Counted from the first letter of the whole stretch, positions 1 through 13,071 are shown. The stretch is DNA of 57,482 bases, filler included, from Diploschistes diacapsis (GCA_023645945.1; 4 parts of 4 records of this genome joined end to end with filler, not necessarily neighbours in it), one strand, 5' to 3'. Notes: a model not told the origin generated them from the letters alone. Translations and numbers: made by a program.

Positions 1-290
1 ATTATTATTGTATGCAAGCCCTTTATTTCACTAATTATTACTGTCTATTTAATGCCCCCACTTCCACTTTCAACAATAATTACATAATTATGATTATTAT
101 AATATTGATTTTTTTCTTACGTAATATATTAGTAAAAAAATGATTAATCTTATTAGTTTTGCCAGTTTTGCTAGTTTCATGCACTGTGCAGCTTTTTGCG
201 GTGTTTCGCCGCTAAAAACTTTTCGTGATGTAGTTGCTTAAAAGAATTTCTATAGAAACGCTAAGCTAAGCTGAACCTTTCTAGTAGGAG
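1..290. other. AT-rich, TpA-rich contig end, probably a RIP-degraded repeat relic
   Basis: Visibly A/T-dominated (attattatt, taataatattg), no ORF, and an abrupt change to normal GC near 290. Confidence 0.45.
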
Positions 291-831
291 CTGATGTGAG
301 TATTCTTGAAGATCTGCCGGGAAAGAAAATCCAAGTTTCTAAAGTTCACAAACCACGCCAGGGCGATTCTTGGTATGTTGATAAGATCGGCGACATGCGG
401 TGTCAGGTAAAGCTGCCTTATTCTCAACCTCATACCCGTTTCTGGCCGAAGAATTGTGGGCTACGTGTGTGTTTATGAGATCAGCGTTAGGCGGCGCAGG
501 GCAGAGTTGCCACGTTCTTAGCCTCGTCGTAAGCATGCTGACCGCAGGTTGTACAGTGGCTCGCATGTGTGCTGACAGGATGCAGTAAAACGTTTCAGAC
601 AAATCTCTTCGCATATTTACAGGCTCGGAGTTGGCTGTAAGTATCTCAGCTTCGCAGGAACCTGGTCGACCTGGGTCGTAAGGTGCATCTTAATGCGCTT
701 TAATGACTCGTTCTAGCAGCTTCAACGTCCACTTCATTTCTAAACTCAGACCCTAACACTAGCTCCTTTGCCTGCTTCCTTTGTGGGCTCTCAAGAGGCT
801 AGGATGGCAATCTCTTGTGCAGGTAACTGCA

Positions 832-1835
832 TCAGGCCAGAACTTCGTTGACGAAATCTGCTTGCATTTTGCATATGGCAGGGAAGTCTTCACCACTCAG
901 AACATTCAGATGACCCTTGCCTTGGGCGATATGCACCTTTGTCTTCCCGGTAAAGGTTTTGAAAAGAGCTAGCTGTTGCTCAGGAGGCGAGATCATGTCC
1001 TTTTCGGGGACTACCATCAGTACTGGCGTCGCCTTCATGTACTTCATGATGCTGTGAGGTTGCCATGTCACAATCTTGTAGTAGGATTGCAGGGTAGTCT
1101 TGTTCTCATGCCTAGGTGCGCCGAGTCTTTTCGCGTTGACCATGTAATCGAACTCCTCCTTCTTAGCTCCGATGCCCATTCCTGCTGGATTTTCGCCTTT
1201 TTCCGTCAGCACTGGCAGATAGACAGGCTCGTTACCAGCGGCTCGCGACTCTCGATCACGCATGCTCAATGCCAAGACTTTGGGAAACTTTTCCGGGGTA
1301 TATTCGAAGTCTAGTAACGGACAGATGGAAATGCAGAGCTTTGCTCGTTTGTCGAGAGAGGCTGCGCACATGGCGATAGTAGCGGCAAATGACATGCCCC
1401 AGAACACTATCTTCGCAGGATCAACAATAGACAAGGTCCGCAGGAAGGTGCAAGCATCGGAGTAGTCCGAGGCCTGCATTGTTGGGTCAATATTGTTTCT
1501 AGGATTCCCATCGCTAAGCCCGAGAGTGCGTGGATCGTAAATCAAAGCTGTGATATTGGCAAGTTGGAACTGCTCGGCCACTTGCGGCACGAACATCTCC
1601 TTGACACAATTGAACTACAAGCTCGAGAGTCAGTCCATGGCCACTGAGATGCACTGAAGGGTATGTCTAGACTCATAAAAAGAGTCATCCAGATCCCCAG
1701 TCACCAAGGGAGCTTAAAACTGACCCCAGGTGTGACAATAATTGCTGGACCTCGAGTATTGGCTGGATACAGCCATCCCCGTAATGTGAGCCCATCGATG
1801 GTTTGAAATTCAACGTCTTCATGGTATGTCGACAT
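832..1835 (-). CDS. Alpha/beta-hydrolase of the af380 (Fma-AT)/Bref-TH polyketide transferase-thiohydrolase type, ~297 aa, 2 exons
   Basis: Exon 1 (1835-1725) reads [33 protein letters not shown], followed by a GT-AG intron (1724-1615). Exon 2 reads FNCVKEM..YDPR.LG.SDG.PRN.IDP..Q.SDYSDA, with nucleophile elbow WGMSF and C-terminal GKGHL. Confidence 0.85.
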
Positions 1836-2646
1836 TTGTCCGGCTTCGCTACGCTAATGCCTATTGGCGAAGAAGATCTCGGGGATGAATGGAAGATGGT
1901 TTGAGGCGGCAATGAAGACAAAGCTCTTCGCTTATTTATAGTGCATGTTATATCCTTAGTTCTTGGCCTTGCTAGCTACTGCATGTTAATTGCAACTGAA
2001 GAGATGCAGTCGTTTCCCTTCGCTGTCATGATCAGCAGTGGGGTCGTCGTCAACGCGCAATACGCTCATGTGATGCCTTGGAAAGCAGTGAATACACGTT
2101 GTCAGTACTATGTGCGTGCAGGAAGAAGGAAATTGTCAAAGACCCTTGCAGATTGATAACGTTGATAGTGCTGAGTGGGTAGATGTTTTTCGACATATGG
2201 AGTCGCGATAATAAATCTGGGTGGCCGTACGAGGGAAGCTTGGAGGCTGGAAGATACAGTCGTAATTTACGATGGGTCCGAAAACAATTCTGCAACCAGC
2301 ATATGCCGCGCGAATTTCAGCTTCAGTACTTCATTAGGGCGAGGGCTGCAACCGCACTTTACCACCCCATCTCTTGAATATCTGGCAGCCTTTGTCCAGT
2401 GACTAGTCCGCACTCTTGATTTCAAAGCATGAATTTGTCAGCCATTGCAAACGGCAGGTGCGTGATACATACTGAAGCCTAGAGGGAGAACTTGCCACTT
2501 CTCGAACCGAGCCATATGCTCTCAGAGAGAAGTAATAAGGTCAAGTCCAATTCCTAGCTCACTCCCTCAGTCCTTCCAGCAAATTGCCTGCAATTCCATA
2601 AGGCCTACGTCCCTGACTCGACATCTGAATCCAAAATCATTGCAAG

Positions 2647-3641
2647 ATGAGCCACGTCTACTTCATTACTGGCGCCACTAGAGGTAACAAACCACCCTAC
2701 AGCCCTCAACGGATGAATGGTGGCTTACCCAGCGGGGCCGCTTGGCCTGGTGCTTATAGGCTTGGGCAAGGCGTTTGTGGAAACTTACTTGGCGCGCCCT
2801 TCCACGGTTGTGGTGGCGGCGGTACGTGACCCGGCGGGCGCGAAGGCCAAGATGCTCGAAAGCCTACCCAAGGGTTCGGGCTCGAAGCTGCTGATCGTCA
2901 AGATCGACTCGACGTCGCCCACCGACCCAGCGGCGGCCGTCAAGGAAGTCGAGGCGGCGGGCATCGACCATATCGACACCGTCATCGCCAACGCCGGGAT
3001 ATCCGAGGATTACTCGCGCGTCGACCAGGTCCCGCTCCAGGTCTTCACCCGCCACTTAGACACCAACGCCTACGGCACCCTGTACCTCTACCAGGCCATC
3101 TTCCCGCTGCTGTCCAAGAGCAAGACTCCTAAGTTCGCCGGCGTTGGCAGCGCTCTCGGCAGCATCGCCGGCATGGATCAGCGTGCCGCCTTCCCCTGTG
3201 CCGCCTACGGTCCCAGCAAAGCTGTGCTCCACTGGTTTGTTCGCAAGATTCACTTCGAGAACGAGAGCTTCGTTAGTTTCGTCGTTGATCCTGGGTAAGT
3301 TTCATCCGAGGCATGCACCTTTCCTCTTCTGTGCCTATGTCTCTAACGAGGAGGAATAACTTGACTAATTTATCTTTCTTTGCTTCCAGATTTGTCCAAA
3401 CCGACATGGGCTATGCGGGTGCCAGGCACTTCGGGATGGACAAGCCTTACACTACCATTGAGGACAGCGTTAATGGAATGGTCTCCACCGTAAGTGACTC
3501 TTCCTTGCTCCGTTCCAAGTCCTTGAACACATAGCCGGTGACTGATTACCGTCTTTTGCCCTTTTTTAGATTGATAACGCCACCCGCGAGAAAATGGGCG
3601 GCCACATGTGTACTTTCGATGGCAGCGAGTTTCCCTGGTAG
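2647..3641 (+). CDS. Short-chain dehydrogenase/reductase, Nor-1/AflD ketoreductase-like, 4 exons
   Basis: Exons 2647-2683, 2760-3294, 3390-3489 and 3570-3641 splice to give TGATRGLG, ANAG, YGPSK (YxxxK), DPGFVQTDMG and a C-terminal FPW*. Confidence 0.9.
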
Positions 3642-3812
3642 ATGGGCAGATAACTATTGTTGGACGCAAAGAAGACTTTGCTACTTAAATAGTCTTGAGA
3701 ATTAGCTTCCGGACTGAACATGCCACAATGGTAGTTTTTTCTATAATGATTGTTGCAACTACGTGCTCGAAAATCTAAGTAATGCCAAGAGAAAGAATCA
3801 GAAAATATTTGC

Positions 3813-5650
3813 TCAGGCGCGACAAAGCCTCCCATCGCCAGCGACAACCCATGCATCACTCCCTACTGCCGTAATTGCATAGAAGAGATTTTCCGGATCG
3901 TACTTGGCCTTGACCGCATTCAGCCGATCGTAATTAGCACCATAGAAGTCTTGTTTCCACGTCGCCACCTCAAAGTCGGCCTCATTGAGATAGGTACCGC
4001 TCCCAGGCGTAAGTTCGTGGAGATTTGGGTCCAGGCGATCCCTCAGGCTGTCTTCCGACTTCCCAAGGTCCCCCCGAGGAAGGGTAAAGTTCCAAGGACC
4101 CGGAAGGATTATATGGGCAATGGCTTCGCGCCAGGCAGGGAGAACGGCGTTGCTCGATACTGGTGTCTTGCCGGCTGTATTGACGCCGAATCCGGCTACA
4201 TAGAATGGCGGCGTATTCACGATGTCTCGTAGCGCCGCTGTCACCGCACTATTATTTGTCTCCATGACAGAGCGCGGGATGAGCCTTCCGCCCGTAAGTT
4301 GGGCAATGGGCCATGGACCCCACGGCGCCGGCCCGAAGTAATGAAGGAAGTGATCTAAAAAAGTTGGGAAAGAGGTCACATTGTAGGTGTATGAAACGTT
4401 TCGACTGTCGAGGTAGTTCGTCATGTTGCTGAGGAGAGCGGAGACTTGCGAGGAATTTGCGCCCACTGCAGTGACAGGGCCAATACTGAAAGCTTCCTGC
4501 TCGATAGTGTAGAGTGAGGAGGCGCTGGTATCAACAAGCCCAGGAAGTGTTGAATGAAAGTACTCAACAGCATCCCAAATGGTGTCATCTGAGTTAGAAA
4601 CAGCGGGGATGGTAATATTCGCTCCACCGACAACACCATCCCGGTATGCTCGAACGGTGACGGAAATCACAACGGCATAAGTGCCCGGTCCACCACCGCT
4701 GAGGGCCCAGTAAAGGTCCGAGTGCTGTTCCGGCGTTGCTGTGATATGATCGCCTTGGGCCGTTACTACTTCCCATTCCAGGACTTGGTCTGCGCCCATT
4801 CCATATGCAGAGCTTAGAATAGAGTGTCCTCCACCTTGCAAGTAGCCTCCAGCTATCCCAACAGAACCACAGTCGCCGCCGACAATACGCAGCCCCTTTG
4901 CGTGGGCTGCCTCGTACGCTACAGACCCAAGAATTCCGGCATGAAGTCTGAATGCAGGCCCGTTGTAATTGCTCCGGTTGAAATGGCTTATGTAGTCGCT
5001 ATGATTGAGGCTGTGCATCCAAATTCCGATGGCTCCTTGACCGGTAGACTTTCCAAGGAGGCTGGACCGTATTTAGTCTTTCCTCTTTTCAATAAAATAT
5101 GCAATCTTACTCATGACCTGTGTTTTTAATAACCAAGCGGATGTTATTCCTCTGCGCAAAGCGGACTCCTGCCACCACGTCGTCTGCCTTGGATACGTTT
5201 ATCGAGTACACCGCATAACTGCCCAGCTCACAAGGAGCCGAGCGTGGTGTAAACGGATCGCAGCTGGCATTTTGAAACCACGGTGCCATTATCGATGAAG
5301 ACGACTCAACACTGATTGTCCCGTTAATATTTTATACAAGGTTACTATAAGACTGGGATGACTTACTGCACTTCGGGAAACATCCACTCGGCTTTAAGTG
5401 CAGCGCATTGTTCTTGATCGTAATTCGGATCGTGACACACAGAAGCCAATGGACTTGTCTTTATCAGACGGCCTCCAACGGTAGAGTTCAAAGTTTGCCA
5501 TGTCCCTAGACTTGGCCATTCAGCATCGCCTGGCAAGTAACGGCACGTTGAGTTCTGAACGAAAGATCGAGGGTAGTTCACGCTGTGCCCAAAGCTTATC
5601 CCTAGCAAAGCACTGTAGGCGGCAAGGAGCGAAGTGAACCGGACAGACAT
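3813..5650 (-). CDS. Secreted FAD-linked oxidoreductase (BBE-like/VAO-PCMH, ZEB1/isoamyl alcohol oxidase type), 3 exons
   Basis: Signal-peptide-like MSVRFTSLLAAYSALLGISFG. Introns at 5366-5312 and 5110-5062. Spliced motifs NTGHDLLGKSTG, GGDCGSVG, GGGHS, YLNE, FYGANY, KAKYDP and end DGRLCRA. Confidence 0.9.
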
Positions 5651-6430
5651 AATGTTGAGCAATCCCGAGAAATGCAAACGAAGACAGGGACAGTGAACGA
5701 TTGAAGCGAAGCCACGGTGATATAAAATCACCGTTCGAAGCCATCCTTTTATTTATTGCTTTTCGCTTCAAATGCTCGGCCTCTGCTGCCTTGCAAAGAA
5801 GATTATTGTGACCTGCCATTGTGGCTTCGAGTCAGGAAGCGGGCCTGGACGGCCCAAGATGTCACTCTTTTGCGTCCAAATTCGCTGAGCTAACAAGACC
5901 TGGTGAACTTGGTTAAATTGTAAGCAACGGCACAGTTGATCCTTGGCCTCTCTCCTCAAGGTTCTTGATAGGCTTACAAAATTAGTCCTCTCCAAAAGGG
6001 CCTCGATGTCCAGCTGAGCACGTGTAGCGTATCGTGTTTCATGCTCCTCGAGGATACCCAATGATGCAACAGCGGTTGAAGCTGGACGAGTAGAATGTAT
6101 TTTAGGCCCAAGGCAGCAGAGGCAGGATAGAACAGGCAGCGTAACTTATAGGATTGATGTCTTATTTCTTCAAGTTGGTCGAACAAGGATCCAGTAAGAA
6201 ATCAAATGGAACGGGGCGGCTATAAGTACTCCGTAGATGATGAATATGCGCAATCACGTGGACACCTCTTCGACTTAAAACGAAATTTGCTTTGTAATCC
6301 ATCAGCTGTGGAAGAGCATCGACCGACATAGCTTCCATTGCTTGCGCTTTCTAACAATCAATGGCCTTCGCCAATGCTTACGCAAATACGTTCATGCTTC
6401 TTATTAACTCTCTTGCCCGAAATATTCATA

Positions 6431-8539
6431 ATGACTGATTTTGATACTTTGGCTACACACAAGTCAGACAATATACCATCACTGTTAAGGGATGACGGCG
6501 TGCTGTCGCCTGAGGCAGCATGTCAGGCTGAGCAAATCTCTGCCGAATTAGCTGCTCCGGCTGAATACTATCATGGAGTAAAGCTATATGTTATTCTTGC
6601 GGCTCTGTTACTTGGAATGTTTTTAGTATGAGGATTCTTGTCTCTTTAATATTGTCAAGTAGCTGCTGATATTGAACTACAGGTTGCTCTGGACTTGGTT
6701 AGACAAACGCTCAATAACAATGTCCAGTTGGTTCTCACCGTCTCTAGACCATTGTAGCAACAGCCATACCCAGCATCACCGACGAATTTAACAGCGTAGC
6801 GCAAGTCGGGTGGTATGGGTCGGCATTCTTCCTGACATTAGCAGCATTCCAATCCCCTTGGGGTAAGGCCTACAAGTACTTTCCTCTCAAGACAGCTTTC
6901 TTTGTCGCTGTGCTGGTCTTTGAGGTAGGAAGTCTAATATGCGGTAAGTCATGTTTTCAACATACAAGTTTCCTCTAATAACGGTATGACAAGGTGTGTC
7001 TCCAACAAGCACCGTTCTCATTATAGGACGTGCTATCACTGGTGTTGGAGGTGCCGGTGTAACGAGTGGTGTCTTCATCATAGTTGCCTACTCTGCAATT
7101 CCTTCCAAAGTCCCTGGATATCTTGGACTTAGTGGTGCTGTGTTCAGTATGGCCAGCGTTGCAGGGCCTCTTCTTGGTGGTGTTCTTACTGACAAAGTCT
7201 CATGGAGGTGGTGGTATGATCCATTGGACCTTCTATATTGCTGACAAGACTGACCTCCCTGGGAAGCTTCTACATCAACCTACCCATCGGTGGTGTAGCT
7301 CTTGTCATACTTCTTCTATTCTTCCACACTCCCGCACACGCAAAACCCACGCCGACCACATGGACAGAAATATTTTGGCAAATGGATCCTATTGGCCTTA
7401 TGTCAATTATCGCTTCGTTGACTCTTTACATCCTCGCTCTTCAGTGGGGTGGCGTAACCATGTCTTGGAGTTCTGCTGATGTTGTTGGGACCTTGGTTGG
7501 TTGGATCTCGCTCACGGTACTGTTTTGTGTAGACCAGTGGTTGCAAAAAGAACGTGCGCTTGTTGTTATCCGTCTTCTAAAGCAGCGCACGATCGCGGTA
7601 TCATGTTTGTTCATCTTCTTGTAAGCTTTCTCTGTTTATTGAAATATGAGCTAGATGGCATCTAACTCAGACTGCAGCCTCAATTCGGCTAATTTCTTAC
7701 TCATATATCAATTACCTCTCTATTTCCAGGCAGTAGATAATGCCTCTCCCTTGGAAAGCGGTGTACAGAACTTGGCTCTCATTTGCTCAAGCGGTTAGTC
7801 CCTCTCGTACTCAGCTTTCCATGGGACAACGGGAGTTTGTGCTAACATCAGGAACAGCTGTGTTTACTTACCTCACTGGACGTGTTATCGGGAAGATCGG
7901 ATACTATCAGATTTTATTCTCAGTTGGCTCAGCTTTTACTAGCATAGGTGCTGGACTTTTGTATACCCTCGATATTGGTTCCACTGTGGCCCAATCCATA
8001 GGATTCCAATTACTAATCGGATTTGGCATTGGTGTAGCCATTAATGCTCCGATAATCACATGTCAGGCATTTTCCCGTATGGATGACATGCCCGTTGTTA
8101 CGGCTATTGTTCTCTGTAAGCTGAAGCTTTATCTTCTAGTTGTTTTTCTCCAACTACACTCTTCGCAGGACAGGAAACGCACAGAATGGACAATGGCTAA
8201 TCTTTCACCGTGCCCGCTCGTACAGTTTTCCAACTCATCAGTGGCGCGCTTTCGGTGTCTGCTTCTCAAAACATTTTCACGAATACGGTACTAAATGCCC
8301 TTCCAAGTGTGGCGCCCAGCGTAAATGCCTCGAGTCTTCTTGCTACTGGGGCTACTGATCTGAGAACCACTTTTGCTCCTGACCAGATTCCAGGCATATT
8401 ACAGGCCTACATGCAGGGCCTCCATGCCTCATGGGCAATGGGCATTGCTTTGGCCTGTATTTCCTTCGTGCTCAGCTTAGGATGTGAATGGCGCTCAATT
8501 AATCAAGGCAACGCGGCAGCAACGGGAGCGGTAGCATAA
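6431..8539 (+). CDS. MFS drug/toxin efflux transporter (DHA2, GliA/AflT-like), multi-exon
   Basis: Spliced motifs [62 protein letters not shown] and ATGATDLR..F. Includes a 15-bp micro-exon at 6683-6697. Confidence 0.9.
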
Positions 8540-8811
8540 GCGTCGTGAGACAGACTTTAAGTAGATTTTGGTTTTCAAATTTCATCTGATAAAAGCATAG
8601 ATGAGAGGAAGCACAGTATCACAAGAAGATTCATGATCATATTGTTATGCGCTTTTCTCAGCTGCCATGACTTGCAAATATTGATATCCAAACGATAAAT
8701 TGATAGCGGCGGTCGGGTTACACCTACGGCTTTTCCGTGTGCTAAGAACGGGCTAACCATGCCCATCAAAGGTATGGATGCAAAATCATTGTCGACTTGT
8801 GATGTTCCATA

Positions 8812-10625
8812 CTAATCAATGGTAATTCTAACCCCCTTGGTGCCTTCCTTTGGCAGCGGAACAACGTATTCGCACGCCATATCAACGGCCTCCGGCCCGG
8901 TATCGTAAAGCTTCATTCCCTGAACACGGCGGAATATAGTTGCCAGTCCAATGTAGAGCTCCGCGCGAGCCATGTGCATGCCAAGACACATGCGCGGGCC
9001 ACGGCCATAAGGCACGAAGATCTTGTCCGAGGGCTGATCGGGGCCCAGCCATCGCTGAGGATCGAAGACTTCGGGCTGGGGATAGATGCGAGGATCGCGT
9101 AACTGCAGCCCCGAAGACATGCCAAAGGTTGTGTTCGGTGGCAGGACATACTTACCGTACACGATGGGTCCGTACGGGTTCTTGCGGGCCAATCGCTGGG
9201 CGATGCCAGTGGAGATGCGCAACCCTGTCCGGTGGCACCTGTTAGCTTGTCTGCCCGTGGCCTGGAAATTCCTAACCCTCTACTAGGGACACGGGATCCG
9301 CAGCAAGGGAGGTGAGATGTTAATTTACGCACCTTCTTTGTAGACAGCGGTCAGGTAAGGCAGGTTTTCGAGCTTGCTGAGTGGTGGCATCTGTGATGCA
9401 TCGGGAATGGCCTCGGATAGTTCTTTTTCCAGCTCACTTAAGATTTTCGGGTCAGAGAGGATATAGTAGCAGGTTACTGAGAGGGCGGTTTTCGATGTTT
9501 CGACGCCTCCGCCGAGAATTCCTGCTGCATCATGCTTTAGGCGATCTAGGGCAAGCTCTTGAGGAGGCATATTGGAGTTGAGGATTTCATGAAAGACGGT
9601 CTTGTGAGAAACCTTTTCGACGTCTTCTTTTGCTTCACCGTTGATTATTTTCTTGATCTGGATCTCGGAGTCCTGTTATTTTCTCAGCACTCTTTCTCAT
9701 TCAATAGTCTACTTAGATGCTCACTTTATGCCAGTCGAAGACGGACTTCATATCCGGACTCAGCACTTCTGCAAGCCAATTCGGCAGGGCTTTCAAAAGG
9801 AAGAGAAGCCAGGGAAAGTTTTCCATGGTATGCAGGGAACTGATCAAGTTATTCATTGAGATCATGAAAGGCGCCTCGAACCCCGGATAGCCCGTGGCAT
9901 CGTAATTGCGCGCAAAAGTGTAGTAAGTGACCGCGTCCATTGCCACAGCGGACCAGGCCCAGGTCAAGGACACGACTCGACCGGTACCTTTATACTCCCT
10001 GAGGAGCGTGTCTACCATCCTGTCCGTCATACGCTGGAGTTGGGGGCTGAAGTCTTGGACCTTGAGCTGAGAAAAGAATGAAGCCAGGGGCTGACGGCGA
10101 ATATGATGGTGATCATGATCGACCGTGTCGAAGGTCGAGTGCCACAGACCAAAGCGCCACCTCCAAGCCGGTAGCTTCGAGTATTTCGACCGCGTCGAAT
10201 AAAGGATCTCATAGAAATCAACGTCGTGGATGTGAACCTCGCCTGGAGCGATTCGTACGATCGGTCCTGCGGGCATAAAGCGTGGTTGTTAGCACAAATC
10301 ATGTCCTCTCCTAGTTTTGCGATTTCGTTTTTTCTTGCCGCCTAACAGTCAATAAGGAGAACAGCCTTTCATCCTTACCATATTTCTCATGCCATGGTCC
10401 AAGTCTCATCGCCACCTGGCCTCCACCTTTACAGAATACATCCAGGTAGGTCGCGTACCACGCGGTGAGGGCAGCCAATCTCGGCCCTGGAACTTTCGCT
10501 AACGGACTGAGGTACAGATTATAGAAAGCGTAACCGAGTACATAGAACACAATACATGAAGCTCCAATGGCAATGAAGGTTGTTCGGCTGGTATGTTGGG
10601 CAGTATGCTGAGCATACTCAGCCAT
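8812..10625 (-). CDS. Cytochrome P450 monooxygenase (trichodiene-oxygenase-like clan), 4 exons; alternative upstream start at 10664
   Basis: N-terminal TM then YNLYLSPLAKVPGP, HEKYG|PIVRIAP, I-helix GGGVETS, ExxR split by an intron, FDPQRW and heme motif PYGRGPRMCLG. Introns at 10378-10267, 9724-9673 and ~9331-9226 keep the frame. Confidence 0.92.
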
Positions 10626-11375
10626 CGTCACCAGCTGCGAGCAAAGAGCTTCGCGTTTATCCATTTATGCCAGCAGAATCCGGATCTGGTGGCTTTGCAA
10701 CTTCAGAATTGATGTGAGGATTTGATCTCTGTCTATTCTGTCTGAAGTTGGTTATTTAGGATTCGTATTCTGTCGCCGGGAGTTGCTACGTGAAAGCCGA
10801 TGTGTCCACCTGCTGGCTACTATAATCTTCATCCCTTATCAACTTCAATCAGCCATTCTAACTTGCATGTAGGCAGTCAAACAACCCAGTCGCTGCATCA
10901 GGTGTTGAAATAAGAGTTATTAGTGTTTCCTATAGACACAAACATCCTCATCCTTGGGTAAAATTACATAGAAACTGTATTTGATTGTAAAATACCGGGA
11001 TTGGCTTTCTTTTTCCAAGGTTAGCCCACACTAACTACTTTGATGAGCGCCGGAGGCGACGAACATCTATGCTGCTCTTAGGCTCCGCCCCCACACCCCC
11101 CCCCCATTTCCGCCTACCTAGTATGGTGTGCAGAGCCGATGGAATTTCGAAAGTATTCTGGTGTGTTAGCCACACTGCAGGATACGTTGGCTTTCTTTAT
11201 CCCAAGACGTTCGTCTTGTTAACCACAGGTTTTCTTGCTTCGGTCTATTGGCCTATTTCTCGACAGGTCTGATGCTCCCCCCCCTTGGCCTCTCACTAAC
11301 CTCTATACCTCCATCCGCCTCTCCCCGTCTCTCTCTACTCCGCCTTCCTCTGTCTCTCTTCGCCGCTTTCGCTTC

Positions 11376-11439
11376 CTCTCACCCTCTCACCCTCTCCCCC
11401 TCTCACCCTTTCACCCTTTCACCCTTTCGCCCTTTCACC
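11376..11439. repeat. 8-bp tandem repeat CT(C/T)TCACC, ~8 imperfect copies, within a pyrimidine tract (~11270-11470)
   Basis: Reads ctctcacc ctctcacc ctctcccc ctctcacc ctttcacc ctttcacc ctttcgcc ctttcacc. Confidence 0.8.
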
Positions 11440-11522
11440 CTTCCCCACCTCTCACTTTTCTTCTGTTTTGATTTATTCTTCTCCAACGGTGCCGCCCCAG
11501 TGTCCGCTTGTGGCTTTGCACC

Positions 11523-12502
11523 ATGCCCACTCGTGTCCTGTGCCTCCATGGCATGGGTACTCAAGCTTCGATCTTTGCCTCCCAGACTGGTTGGTCCAAC
11601 GAAATTATGCTGCTGTATCATTATGGCTGGCTAATTATCGATTGACTGCGAAGCTTGCATTCGCGAGTTGCTTCCCAGCTCATATCAATTTGTTTTCGTC
11701 GATGGACCTGTGGCCTGCAGTCCTGCTCCGGAGGTGGCACACATCTTCCCTGGGCCATACCTGTGCTGGTATACAAGTCCAAGTACCAATAGAGTGGCCG
11801 CTGCTCATAAGCATTTGCAATATCTGATAAAGACAAAGGGCCCTTTCGATGGAGTTCTGGGCTTCAGCCAAGTGAGTCTGCTTTCATTCGGGCTCACCAT
11901 CTGCTCAAAGATGGATATACTTGCAATAGCTATTGCTCGCACACCCCATGTGTTCATCCAATTGCGTCCAAGAAGAGCAGATTCACTCATGCCTCTTTCC
12001 GTAGGGAGCAGCACTCGCGGCTTCACTCCTTCTACACCATCAAATCAACTCTCCAGATCAGCCAGCGCCCTTCAAGGCAGCCATCTTCATCTGCTCGCCC
12101 GTTCCCTTCTCTACTAGTGTAGAATACGGAATCGACACGCGCGCATATTTCGGCATCGAAACCATGCAGCTCAGTAGACCCCACTGTCCGGATCAGGTAC
12201 CAAAACACCTGATTACCGATCCCGCATACTTGAACGGCGAGGTCGAGACAGGCCAGGACGGCCAGCATAGTACATTCTACCAAATGTTCCACCCAACCGT
12301 TGATACTTGCAGGATCGCTGTTCCGACGCTGCATGTATACGGCAAGCGGGACAAGTGGAGGCTTCATAGCAGAGACCTCTACGAGCTGTGCGAGCCCGCA
12401 ACGGCCAACTGTCTAGAGCACGATGCTGGCCACGAGGTTCCAGCCGCGTATGCGGAGGAGATAGCCGATGCTGTAGAAAGCACGATGTTTAAGGGGCGAT
12501 AG
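11523..12502 (+). CDS. FSH1-family serine hydrolase (LovG-like esterase/trans-acting thioesterase), 3 exons
   Basis: MPTRVLCLHGMGT..IF.SQT, intron 11590-~11653, GPFDGVLGFSQ|GAALA (intron ~11872-12005), PTLHVYGKRD and GHEVP. Ser/Asp/His triad motifs are all present. Confidence 0.9.
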
Positions 12503-13071
12503 ATGAAGCTGCGACAGGGGCTAGAACCGTAGCTTGTTTCTCCTCGGTCAAGCAGTCCTCGATACAGGCTAGAGCAACGAGTCTCGTAGATTCTCAAACC
12601 TGGACATGTCTTCAAATGTATGTTTGTTTGAGATAGTATTCTGGTAGCTTTCACAGTAGCAATGGACGACGGACTGGAGGATGTTTTGAAATTTGGAGCA
12701 GCGAAATGCCCTTCGGTAACCATGAAGATGTTGTAGTAAGCGAAAGACGAGTTTTAGAATTTCTCAAGATAAGTATTATAGTGTTGGTGGTATGCAGGTT
12801 TAAAATACTTCACATAGGTTTCCCACGTCTTTCAGGTGGATTTGAGCTGCATAAAATTGTTTGTCAGGGACAATCACATGGCCTAGAACGTGACCTTGCC
12901 CAGATAAAAAGCAATGAATCTTCTTACCTACTTACCTAACCAGCACACGGCATTTTCGAAGCAAGCTCAGCCAGCAATCGATTTCACCTCAGATACTATA
13001 CCATTGAAGAACCATTACTTAACCCTACCCACATCAAATATCTGTACGGGCATCTACCCCCTCAATCAGCA

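Noticed and set aside
5768..6186. Two overlapping minus-strand ORFs (97 and 70 aa) as a frameshifted pseudogene in the cluster
   Set aside because: No recognisable motif, and they lie in a divergent promoter. Cannot be supported without a search.
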